DNA from: Paraphysomonas bandaiensis
Taxonomy: Eukaryota > Protista > Chrysophyceae
DNA length: 64,000 bases
Direction of reading: 5' to 3'
Assembly (NCBI GenBank): GCA_965644295.1
Contig: CBFFRP010000211.1
Location: 1-64,000 of the forward strand
Part shown: positions 1 through 10,160 of the stretch, piece by piece
Numbering within the stretch: the stretch's first letter is position 1
Layout: each line of letters opens with the position of its first letter
The notes under the pieces: generated by a model
What the model was told of the DNA's origin: nothing
The model's input: only the letters and a program-made list of their open reading frames with translations
The model's database searches: none
Translations under genes and position numbers: made by a program

Positions 1-390
1 TTAACTGATGCAGGCTTATTATTTGGACATAGAGGAAATAGATTTAAGCATGCTAAAAAGATACAAAAGAAAGCAGAAAAGAAATATGGAACTGAAAACA
101 TGCACACATTAGGGCATTCTTTAGGTGGCATCGTTGCAGAAGAAGTAGGGAAGAATTCAAAAAACGTTATTACATTTAATAAGGCAATATCTCCTTTAGA
201 AATGACAAGAAGAACTAATGACAATCAAATAGATATTAAAACACATAATGACCCTGTATCATCTTTAAATCATTTCAATTCCAATGATAATAAAACACAT
301 GTATTCAATTCAAGAACTAATAATCTTTTGAAGTCTCATAATACAGATGAATTGAAATATTTAAAACCTGGTAAAAAATTAGGGAAATAA
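1..390 (+). CDS. Lipase-like alpha/beta hydrolase, 5'-partial (viral)
   Basis: Frame is open from base 1 (LTDAGLLFGH...); nucleophile elbow GHSLGG, DPVS acid motif and a downstream His (KSHN). Confidence 0.8.
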   Translation, partial: LTDAGLLFGHRGNRFKHAKKIQKKAEKKYGTENMHTLGHSLGGIVAEEVGKNSKNVITFNKAISPLEMTRRTNDNQIDIKTHNDPVSSLNHFNSNDNKTHVFNSRTNNLLKSHNTDELKYLKPGKKLGK

Positions 391-426
391 ATATATAAAA
401 ATAATTTCTAAATCTATTGTATATAA

Positions 427-750
427 ATGAGTGATTTTGTTATTTGTTTAAAAAATGAATTATACAGTATTTCTAAATCTAGAAAACCACAAGTTCAAAG
501 AGAAATTAATGAACTGAATCAAAAAATAGATGAATATAAAGCATTGATTAAAGACTTGGATATACAAAAGAAATTGAAAAGTATTGAATTATTAGATGAA
601 AGACAAAAAATATATTATAAGAATCCTATTAATAGAAACTTACCAAGTGAACAACTTGAAAAAACTAAAGCTTATGAAAAACGAAAAAAACTATTAAAAG
701 AATATGATGACCAACACGGCACTTATATTAAACCTGAACAAGGCTATTAA
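427..750 (+). CDS. Hypothetical Lys/Glu-rich coiled-coil viral protein
   Basis: 107-aa ORF in AT-rich DNA, preceded by TCTA...TATATAA-ATG. Confidence 0.65.
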   Translation: MSDFVICLKNELYSISKSRKPQVQREINELNQKIDEYKALIKDLDIQKKLKSIELLDERQKIYYKNPINRNLPSEQLEKTKAYEKRKKLLKEYDDQHGTYIKPEQGY

Positions 751-813
751 TTTTTGAAACGTTACATATACATATGTATATATAATACTAACTAACTATA
801 ATGACAACAAAAT

Positions 814-981
814 TTATAAATTATACACTTTCTTATATTTCTCCATATTCATAATCATTGACTTCATCTCTTCAATCTCTTTATAACATTTCTTATGATA
901 TTCTCTTGACTCCCAATCTTTGTTTATTCTTCTTATAGTTTTATCACAATGTTTGCACTTTCTTTTAATTTCTCTAGGCAT
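814..981 (-). CDS. Small CxxC...HxxC zinc-finger protein (55 aa, missing from ORF track)
   Basis: Manual translation MPREIKRKCKHCDKTIRRINKDWESREYHKKCYKEIEEMKSMIMNMEKYKKVYNL; TATA-rich leader before the ATG. Confidence 0.6.
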   Translation of the reverse strand: MPREIKRKCKHCDKTIRRINKDWESREYHKKCYKEIEEMKSMIMNMEKYKKVYNL

Positions 982-1030
982 GATATATAATATATATATA
1001 TAATATTTTTTTAAATTGTTTTATATATTT

Positions 1031-2626
1031 TTAATAATATGATCCTATATTTGATATTACTTTTGTTGGTGATGTTCCTAAGTTAGTATATATTATTGTT
1101 ATTGTTTGTAATATTGCTCCTGATGTTGTCACGTTACTGATATCCACATTTGCGAGTCCTCCTGACACATTCAACGTTTCTGAAACTGTATTAACTTTTA
1201 AAGTGTTTATATGTGCTTTATAACTTGATGTATCTATTATAACTGACACTGTGAAAGAAGTATTTGTTAAGTTACTTGAATTAATATTCGTTATATCAAG
1301 TTCAAAATTTGTATCACTTGTTAAACCATTGAAATATATGATTGAACCATTGCTATAATTATATGTCAACACATTTGAAGAAAACGTATATGTTGTGCTG
1401 ATGGATTCGCTTATTTGTTTAGTTGTTATATTTCCTGTAATTGTTCCGCCTGTTAAATTCAATTTTGTATTTTCAAGTGTTGTAATATTGCCGTCTATTG
1501 TACTTAGCAAGTTATCAATTGTGTCAGTAAATGTAGAGTCATAAACTAAAGAAGAATCCAATTTATTGTTTACATCGATTATATCATGTTTATCACTTTG
1601 TAAGTTTGTTATATCTGTGTCATTGCTTATTATTTGAGTCTTCAAACTAGAAATAATATTATCCATTGTGTTTAATTCTGTCGAGTCATAAACTAATCCA
1701 GAATCCAACTTGTTATTTACATCTATTAAATCGTGTTTGTCACTTTGTAAGTTTGTTATGTCTGTGTCATTGCTTATTATTTGAGTCTTCAAACTAGAAA
1801 TAATATTATCCATTGTGTTTAATTCTGTTGAATCATACACTAATGAAGAATCCAACTTATTATTTACATCTATTAAATCGTGTTTGTCACTTTGTAAGTT
1901 TGTTATATCAGTGTCATTATTAGTTATTTGATCTTGTAAACTTACTATTATATTATCCATTGTGTTTAATTCTGTTGAATCATACACTAATGAAGAATCC
2001 AACTTATTATTTACATCTATTAAATCGTGTTTGTCACTTTGTAAGTTTGTTATATCAGTGTCATTATTAGTTATTTGATCTTGTAAACTTACTATTATAT
2101 TATCCATTGTGTTTAATTCTGTTGAATCATACACTAATGAAGAATCCAACTTATTATTTACATCTATTATATCATGTTTAGTGTCAATATTGTTCTGTAA
2201 TGTTATATCTTGGGCTTGTAAGTTTGCTACATCCATCTGCAAATTCGGTATATTAATTAAGTCTAAATCTTGGAGAGCATCAAGACCGTTAAAACTTTCT
2301 GTCAATGTGTTCAATTGTGATTGTATAGTTTCATTGGTATTTATACCGTCTAATGTTTGTATTTCATTTCCAGTGAGGTTTAATAATCTTGTATTCATAT
2401 CTGACAACATATTATTTTTTGAATCTGTGAAAGCAACTGTTTGGGGTTCATTGTTTATGGTTAAGTTATTACCATTCAAGATTTCAACGTTCGCTGTAAA
2501 TTTAGCATTGTCTAATCTTGCATATTCCGCCATATTTAATATTACTCTTGCTGTTTCAATCTGTTTATGATTTTCTGCATTGAAAATGGCATTATTGCTT
2601 GTTTTGGGCTTTGTATAAATTGACAT
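1031..2626 (-). CDS. Fibre/tail-like virion protein with 49-aa tandem repeats
   Basis: N-terminus MSIYTKP...IFN, coiled-coil repeats KHDLIDVNNKLDSSLVYDSTELNTMDNII..., LNLTGGTITGNIT linker, beta-rich C-terminal head. Confidence 0.7.
   Translation of the reverse strand: MSIYTKPKTSNNAIFNAENHKQIETARVILNMAEYARLDNAKFTANVEILNGNNLTINNEPQTVAFTDSKNNMLSDMNTRLLNLTGNEIQTLDGINTNETIQSQLNTLTESFNGLDALQDLDLINIPNLQMDVANLQAQDITLQNNIDTKHDIIDVNNKLDSSLVYDSTELNTMDNIIVSLQDQITNNDTDITNLQSDKHDLIDVNNKLDSSLVYDSTELNTMDNIIVSLQDQITNNDTDITNLQSDKHDLIDVNNKLDSSLVYDSTELNTMDNIISSLKTQIISNDTDITNLQSDKHDLIDVNNKLDSGLVYDSTELNTMDNIISSLKTQIISNDTDITNLQSDKHDIIDVNNKLDSSLVYDSTFTDTIDNLLSTIDGNITTLENTKLNLTGGTITGNITTKQISESISTTYTFSSNVLTYNYSNGSIIYFNGLTSDTNFELDITNINSSNLTNTSFTVSVIIDTSSYKAHINTLKVNTVSETLNVSGGLANVDISNVTTSGAILQTITIIYTNLGTSPTKVISNIGSYY
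1530..2180 (-). repeat. 147-bp coding tandem repeat, ~4.4 copies
   Basis: KHD-encoding units recur every 147 nt; two pairs of sub-variants (IVSLQDQITNN x2, ISSLKTQIISN x2). Confidence 0.9.
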
Positions 2627-2695
2627 CTATATATAATATAGCATTACATTATTATATTCTATATTTAAATTAGAATTCAAGGTTTTATGAGTTTT

Positions 2696-3152
2696 TGCTT
2701 AAAGCTTCGCCATTATATCACTACAACTACATTCCAGAGCTTTAAGCATTGCCATTATACATTATTATAAAAAAGTCATATAGATAACAAAGTAGATTTA
2801 ATAAGTAGTTTTTATGGTAGAATCCCGGAGTTTTACAAACCTTACAAATTTAAATTATTTTTCATTTTAATTTTTCCCTCCCCCTATATCTACTATTAAA
2901 TCTACTTATTAAATCTACTTTACTATCTATATTACTTTTTATTATAACAATATAAATAATATATAAAGTTATTAATTTTATTTAAGAATATAAATAATAT
3001 ATAAAGTAATTAATTTTATTTAAGAATATAAATAATATATAAAGTAATTATAACTTATTAATAATAAGTTATAAGTTAAACTTACAAAGAGAAGGAATTA
3101 CAACCGAAGGTTGTAATTGGAAACACTCGAAGAGAAGAGGCCCCTTGAGGGG
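2696..3152. repeat. Hairpin/tandem-repeat cluster, probable viral terminal inverted repeat region
   Basis: Inverted repeats 2696-2706/2738-2748 and 2765-2821/2889-2947; 38-bp tandem x2.7 at 2949-3050; palindrome 3048-3074; AATTACAACC-GAA-GGTTGTAATT at 3096-3118; CCCCT-TG-AGGGG at 3141-3152. Confidence 0.75.
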
Positions 3153-3198
3153 TTGGGGTAGAAAAAGGCTTGTCCTTGTCCTCTCCTCCCCGTTTTTT

Positions 3199-4065
3199 GA
3201 GATCATGAATGTCAAATTTTTCAGCTAATGAATTCTTGATTTGAGTGACGTCGGTCCTAGTTTAGGAGGTAATAATGATATCATCGACGTAAACTGCCAG
3301 AATTATGAGTCGCCCATCGATTGTTTTCTTGAAGATGCATGGGTCGGATACTATCTGGTGAAACCACAGTCTAACAAATAATTTGTACAACATGTATACC
3401 AAATTAATCCGGATTGTTTGTGTCCGTATATACTCTTTAGGAATCTGACTAACTTCCCGTTTGGAACATCGAGGCCAGTGGGTGGATACATGTAAATCTC
3501 CTATTGGAGGTCTGCATTGATATACTATTATTGAAGGTCTTTTTATTTAGCAATAGGCGTTAAAAACTCGTTCCGATCTAGTGGCTAGTGGTATGCTAGA
3601 TCTACTAGTTAGACCTCTACCCATAACTAATCAGCACAAATTCTATTATCCTACTATTTAGCGCTACAGAAGCTGCTTGTGCGTCGCCGCAAGCACCAAG
3701 GTGCAACCACTTCCGTTCTTAGTGTTGTGTGTGAGTGTTGATATATATATGCAGCAGTGGAGAAATCTACCTGGTGTAGCCAACCCAAGTATGGTTGCTA
3801 GGGCTTTAACGGTTCTCATTGATGTGGCCTTTGCGACTGGGCTGTACGTTTTGTTGTAGTCGTTTTCACCCTCTACCTGGGAGAAACCTTGAGCCACTAA
3901 TATCGCCTTGAAAGTACCACATCTCGCTTGATCTTTATCCTAAACACGAATTTTCCCCTTATGATGTTGGAATATGCTGGTGGTGTCGTTATCTTTCAGC
4001 AGTCTTTTAGCTCTCTAGATACTTGATTTCGTTGTTGATGGCTCTCAGCCATTGTTCTTTGTGCC
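3199..4065 (-). pseudogene. Degenerate Ty1/copia reverse transcriptase fragment
   Basis: Minus-strand motifs AQGFSQVEG..YNKTYSPVA, HQVDFSTA, EIYMYPP, KSIYGHKQSG, ILAVYVDDIII, FDIHDL, with stops and frameshifts. Confidence 0.85.
3525..3737 (-). mobile_element. 213-bp 5'-truncated copy (3' UTR only) of the non-LTR element at 16574-18600
   Basis: Reverse complement closely matches ~18394-18600; 8-bp TSD TTGATATA at 3517-3524 and 3738-3745; splits the Copia RT between TAA and NADL. Confidence 0.85.
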
Positions 4066-4144
4066 TGCATTTTTTTCTTTAAATGATTCAACCGTATTTA
4101 GCAAAGGGATCACAAAGCATATAGAGCTACATTCATGATAGCCA

Positions 4145-4429
4145 TGTTGTAATACGTATGGTTCTCTAAGATAGTATTGTAGAATACGTTAAATACAATG
4201 TGAAAAACAAAAATATGTAGTCAAATATACTATATAGCTATAACTGTGAAACTGAAGTATTGTATCATGACGATTCAAGATACGGAAGTTGAGAAGTGGT
4301 TGTTGTTGACATGTTTTACATGACAACACACACAATTGTGTATGCAATTTAATAAAAGAGTCTATCTAGTTTGATCACAATAAACTTCTCTTGACGATCC
4401 TAATTTTGAAAAATGACCAATAGTCAATA
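4145..4429 (+). mobile_element. Solo LTR related to the Copia LTR at 26226/31389
   Basis: 285 bp, TGTTG...CAATA; 5-bp TSD AGCCA at 4140-4144 and 4430-4434; 3' part (ACACAATT..TAATAAA..TCTATCTAGT..AAAATGA) resembles the reverse-complemented Copia LTR. Confidence 0.7.
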
Positions 4430-4798
4430 AGCCACTGTAGACTGTAGTCGGCAGTTACTATATATTGAAATAAGTTACTAATCGAGTACACTACATACTA
4501 AATTTCGTATTCTCACTCGTTGCATTCCTCGTTGTTCTTACTACAACTCTATTCACTATTCACTGTCAAACGCTGACATCATTACGGTAGTATATTGCAT
4601 ATCCAAGAGAGGAAACAATCTCAGCGACGTATACCACAAAATTCTCGACATTTAATAATTTTAGTAAAGGAATTGCCGACAAAAACTACGATAACCAGGA
4701 CACGCGCTAGACTCTTCGCGATACCAAGTTATATATAAAGAGAAGTCACAGTCACTTCATTCAATACGTACATACAATCAATCTGAGACAACATTATG

Positions 4799-6022
4799 CT
4801 ACTTTTTTGGGGGTTCGCCCTTCATTGCGCGGTGGCGTGCCTCCATATCTGCCCCCAGACGAATGTGCACCTTCTCCCGGAACATGCACGGACAGCAGGA
4901 TTTAGCTAAACGGGTACCAAATGGATCTGGAGGGAGCTTTCCTCCATGTGTAGCCTTATACTCTTCTATTTTTTTCTGTTGTTTCGTGAGCACACACACG
5001 CTACGATGAAAGACACTCACCTGTTTATTGTAATTTTCAATAATTCGCAGCCAAGCCTTTTCTCCGAGAGAGTGTCTCTGCAGAGCGTCCTGAAGTCGGA
5101 ATGCAGGAAAGAGTATAAGCGGATACCTCCGCTCTAACTCACAAAACTCCGCGTAGTCAATTAGGCCATCCTATATCAGTACGTCACATCTCTTTAATAT
5201 CTATATACTCATATACTCACGTCATTGACGTCGAAATCCTCTAGAGCCCGCTTGAAATTTCCGGGGTAAGTGGGTGCAGCATTGTTCACATGCCTGAAGA
5301 ATTCAGTCAGTACAGCATGTACAATTGGCAAGACATACTCACTTGCAGAGCTCCACAAATTCCTTTTCATCAATTGCATTGGATCCATCTTTGTCAAAAG
5401 TTTCGAAACAGAAAGTAAGAATCTCATCCTTGGTATACATACAGTAGGTTGCAAGAATGCGGATGTACTCCTCGAACTCTATCGTGCCGGACCCGTCCAA
5501 ATCAATAAGCTGAAATAGGCGATCTGTAATAGGCGATCTGTTTTCCCCACATGCCTCGAAAAACTCCTCTGTGTCAATATTTCCTGAACCATCCACATCA
5601 ATATTGTCAAACTTATCTCGCAACTTCTTCAGGTGCGACTGATTGAAATGCAGCGCTTCCGCAGCCTCGAGTGCTCGGGGGTCACGTAGTATAATGTCAG
5701 GAGTAGAAGAGAAGAGCTTCTGAAAAAAGTTCTTCTTCTTTCTTTTCGGCTTATATGCTTTTACTTTCTCTTCTTCTCCTTTCTTTTTCTTGTGCTTCTT
5801 TGACACCTTTTTAGCTGATCGTTTGTTGCCGTCTTCTTTCTTCTGAGGTCGTTTACCAGCACGAGATCCTAATTTCTCAGCCTTTGACTTTTCTTTATTA
5901 TCATCATCATTTTGGCTTGATGCTCTTGAACCAGCTTTAGGCTTATCTTTAAGGTTGCGTTTACCATCGATTTTAGGCCCATTCTTACCAGTGGCGTTAA
6001 TTCTTTTCTCAGTTGTGCTCAT
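4799..6022 (-). CDS. Calcineurin B-like EF-hand protein with Lys-rich N-terminus (multi-exon)
   Basis: EF loops DVDGSGNID, DLDGSGTIE, DKDGSNAID and DVND-GLID; short GT-AG introns. Confidence 0.85.
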
Positions 6023-6907
6023 TTCGATAATAAAAATATATTACTAAGAGATTCACTTAAAATAAAACCAATTCATAGAATACCGCACCCCCCATTGGGT
6101 ATGGTCATATATCGGATCAGCACTGTGACAATGTGATGGATATGTTAGGCTCTAGTATGCAATCATCTCCTATGAATGAACTGAACTGAGCTGAGCTGAA
6201 CTCATGAGCAGCTCTCGTCTCGATGATGCGAAACCAACCCCTACGGTTTCTACATACGTATACCTCTGCTGGATATACAGAGAGGCCCATTGACCTCCAC
6301 ACTCTCCAGATAGGAGAGTACAGTATACAGTGTACAGTACAGTATACAGTTTACCGTAACACTTGACCGTTTTGACAGAAATCTTCCCTGCAAATCCACC
6401 ACATTGTACGTACATACTGGAAATCGCAGTGAAGATGTTATTTTGTGCTGCTGGTGCTGTCAATGTATCATGCGGGTCATGATCTAGAACATGGCGTCGT
6501 ATGTCTACACATACACATACTGCAATACATGTACAGTTGTAGTACAGTATGTATTGTGTACGAGTTGTGTTCTCATACATGTGTTCTGCATGTGGAGGGG
6601 TGGTAGCTATTCATTATGATCATTTCCTCCTACAGTAACTCCTATTCATTATTGTATCTGTGCCAGATACATCGTCAATGACATCTTGTCCAATCGCATA
6701 CGACTGCTCGAATCACTGTCTCTAGTTTCCGTGGTGGATACTTGTCTCCAGTAGTTCTTATATCGATATCCATATCGATATCATTATAGTAAGCATCAGG
6801 CTGAATTCATTTGCAGTACCTTTAAAACCTATTGTGATGTATTGGAAATTACTGATTAATGATGATACGAATCATGCGTAAGAGTTATTCCCATTTGATG
6901 CACAGAT

Positions 6908-7555
6908 ATGCGGAATATTTTTATTGCTAGATTAGTAAGTGCTCATTCTTGGACCCGCAGTCACAGTCGATCCTATCTTCACAATATGGCGAACAGCAAA
7001 GGTAATTGGAAGTTGCGCTGCCGTATACCGTCAGATTTAGCTAGCCTCGAGACACTGCACTGTTCGTATCCGTGGATACCTGGACCGGATCAGGTCCGAC
7101 CCTCTGAAAAGTGCAAGGAGCACAAAGCAATAAGAATGCAAGCTCTTGATGCCAACTGGGAGGGAAGAGAAGATTATATTTTAAGCAGTGTGTTTTACAA
7201 ACCTGTCGAAGTTGCTCCATCCGGAAGGTTTCAAGTTTTGGATAGGAACATTTCCGGTAAATTACGATTCGTTCCGAATGAATTTCCGTACCAGATAGAC
7301 GTGGGGCACCATTATATATTATGGTTTGGTGCTACTTTGGATGAAAGTATTCTAGACACACCCGCGGGTTCTTGTAGGCGATGGGAGGGTGTGTGCCCAC
7401 TCTCAGATGAGGAAATCAACTGCCACATCACGGAAGCACTAAAAGAAATAGCTGCCGACGAGAACTCGTTTGACTTCGCCTGGTATGAGAACCCGAAAAT
7501 GACTGTACCTGAGATATATCATGTTCAGGTGTTCTGGAATGATATACATGAATAA
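6908..7555 (+). CDS. GIG1/DUF3605-like protein
   Basis: Motifs NEFPY, HYILW and WYENP..TVPEIYHVQVF. Confidence 0.65.
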   Translation: MRNIFIARLVSAHSWTRSHSRSYLHNMANSKGNWKLRCRIPSDLASLETLHCSYPWIPGPDQVRPSEKCKEHKAIRMQALDANWEGREDYILSSVFYKPVEVAPSGRFQVLDRNISGKLRFVPNEFPYQIDVGHHYILWFGATLDESILDTPAGSCRRWEGVCPLSDEEINCHITEALKEIAADENSFDFAWYENPKMTVPEIYHVQVFWNDIHE

Positions 7556-7919
7556 TTTTTCCCACTACCTTGTGGTTATCTTGCACTGTAATATGATATT
7601 TATGGTTGAACTATGCTACACTGAAATGTGTTATGTCAGTATTGCTATTATATCACTTTAAGTGCTTGAAAGATCGAAAGGATATTTATTTTTTATTGTA
7701 AGAGATCATATGTGTGCCTTATTCACTGAGTGGAAATTATCTGTCATGCTTTTTTATAACATAAGAAATATGATGTTGTAATCTTATTAATAAGTGATTT
7801 ATTAATCGGAACAACTTCGTATACAGCGATAACTTTTCTGTAGTATCGACAAAAAATTATAGGTCATAAACTGCAGATATATCAGCAGTACATGGTGTCA
7901 TGACATCAACATGTATGTT

Positions 7920-9729
7920 CTAAATTCTTAGCCAACGTAAAACTATATTAAGTTGCTTCGATTTGTTTATGACGTTGACTAATTTTATATTTCTGGGACT
8001 GCCTTTTTCTGCGAATAGAAGGTGGTAGTGATTCAAATGTTCTAGTTTTGCTTCTAGACGTTGAAGAGCCTCGTGGCTTCTCTTTTTGCCTGAACTGTCC
8101 CAATCTAACTCCAGAACTACTTTTATCCGAATAAATCTCATTCGTACGAGACATGTTTCTTAGATCAGTAACGTGGTAATTGTAGAAGGAAAGTAATTTC
8201 TCATCACGCTTATAGTCCAACACAAACTGTGCAATTCGCCCCTTGCTGTCAACGGCGAATCCATCCGTATTAACTGACGTATTCCTTTCAGCCTGAACAA
8301 CGAATACTTCATTCTACACACACGTATATAACATAAGACTAGATGAAATACACAAAATACTTTACCCAAAGATGCAGTGACGGCGTTCTTGATTCAAAGC
8401 GCAGGCTTCCTCCGTAAAAAAGATAACTTAAAACTGCATCGGGGGACTCTATGCCTTCCGTCCAACATGCAAGCTGGAGATAGCAAGTCAAGAGAGTACA
8501 CATTTTCGGCAATATTATATGCCTTATCTGTAGCCAAGAGTACGGCGGATACAAGATAAGAGACTCGATCACGATTTCCAAATACCACCTCACTTGAAAC
8601 AGTTCTACCCCTTAATACATCGTCTAGCAAATCACGACTCATGCAAGAACCGAGGTATCTCGAGGGAACGGCCATGTCCACTACACTCTGCGCAGGCTAA
8701 TATATCATATTACACAAACACGTAGCAACTAGAGCTCCACATAACAGTGGCAACCGTACAGTCAGCAAACTATAATGTACATATAATACACACATAAGGC
8801 GAGATGACAACGTACATCCTGTGGACTCGCAAAGAGAGAGAGATCAACGGGGACGAACGAAGAAGATGAAAACGGATCAGCCTGAAAGATTGTTCTATGT
8901 AAAGGTACCAATAGTATCCTCGACGATGAAGGATACGATTGTAGCCAATGATCTGATTTACTTTTTTAAAAGAAAAAACGAAGTAGTGGTCAATTTACCA
9001 TAGACGGCATACTCTATGTAAGATCTCGGTTGAGCCGGGCGGGGATCGGAAGCTCTACAGATAGTGAGTATATACGGGGAAAACTACAGATTCTTACTTA
9101 TAAAAGTCGTCTTGAAAGCGACATAAGTTAGGGTGTTCACACAACATGGGGTGTCGATAGACAACAGTTTTTCTCGATATTAAATACTGCATGAGTGCAG
9201 CAGAGGTCATTTCCTTGGGGACTGCTGTCACGACATCACCTGAAAACCCGAACTGTCGTAGTGACCCAACAAATGCATGGTAAGCAAACATAGGGACTGG
9301 CCCCGGGGGAAGCGCAAATACTGCGTCATTCATGGTGTGGGTTCCGGCGATCGGCTTGCTGAGTCGGATAGATTGCTTGCGAGTTTCACCATGAGGTCGC
9401 AGGATGTCCATAGCAGCTAGCTTCGTGGCGGCATATTTCCAGGTTTCATCACTGATGTTTGAAGAAGATTCTGAGATAAGTGCAGCACGCACATACTGTT
9501 TCCCTATTCCAGCAGATTTACTAATTTTATCCAGAATATTATCAACTGTATCTAAATAAGATATCTTCCAGCTATCGTTACTTGATAGAGAGTCACTCTC
9601 CTGTACTTGATATAAAGACTCTTCGTCCACGTTTATGCTATCATAATGAAAGATCAGAATGATGACCAATACTCCGAGCACTGAGAGGGCGATTAGCATC
9701 CCTCTAATGGACAGAAGAGTCACCTTCAT
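7920..9729 (-). CDS. Type II membrane protein, possibly glycosyltransferase-like (multi-exon)
   Basis: N-terminal TM helix, FVGSLRQFGFSGDVV motif, further exon-like ORFs down to 7920; 3' end approximate. Confidence 0.5.
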
Positions 9730-10160
9730 TAGAATTCCACTTAGTTTAATTCGTCATCAAACAAGAGGATGCTTTGGATTCGATAAGGGTAACTACTATT
9801 GAGAAGCACTTGCAGCATGCACCGGCAGTTAAGATATGCAGCAGGAGTGTCCATCTCTCATACACTCCTCGGCATGCTGTACATACACCCACTTGTACAC
9901 ACGGACTTGATACCGTCCTGTATTTCAGATATACGGTGTATAATATAACATGTACTGTACTCTGCTGTATACCGTTTCTATGAGAACATGCATCTCCGCT
10001 CTATCTTATGATGCACACGGCACACTGTGCCTTGAGCTGAGTCACTGGGCCGGAAGCAAGTATCAGTATCAGCCAGCTCTGGTGAGCAGTGTAACTATAA
10101 TAATAATTGCTACAACAGGTCTTGAACTCCATATCAATGTTATCCTAGACCGATAGTATC

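Larger units (their letters stand above)
1..3198. mobile_element. Right end of an endogenous virophage / Polinton-like virus (continues left of the window)
   Basis: Much more AT-rich than the rest of the window; dense intronless ORFs; GHSLGG lipase and fibre-like repeat protein as seen in mavirus/PLV genomes; ~550-bp non-coding hairpin-rich end; abrupt junction with Copia RT at ~3199. No capsid, ATPase or polymerase gene lies inside the window. Confidence 0.7.

Noticed and set aside
2109-2570. 153-aa plus-strand ORF and similar antisense ORFs over long genes
   Set aside because: Antisense shadows of better-supported genes.
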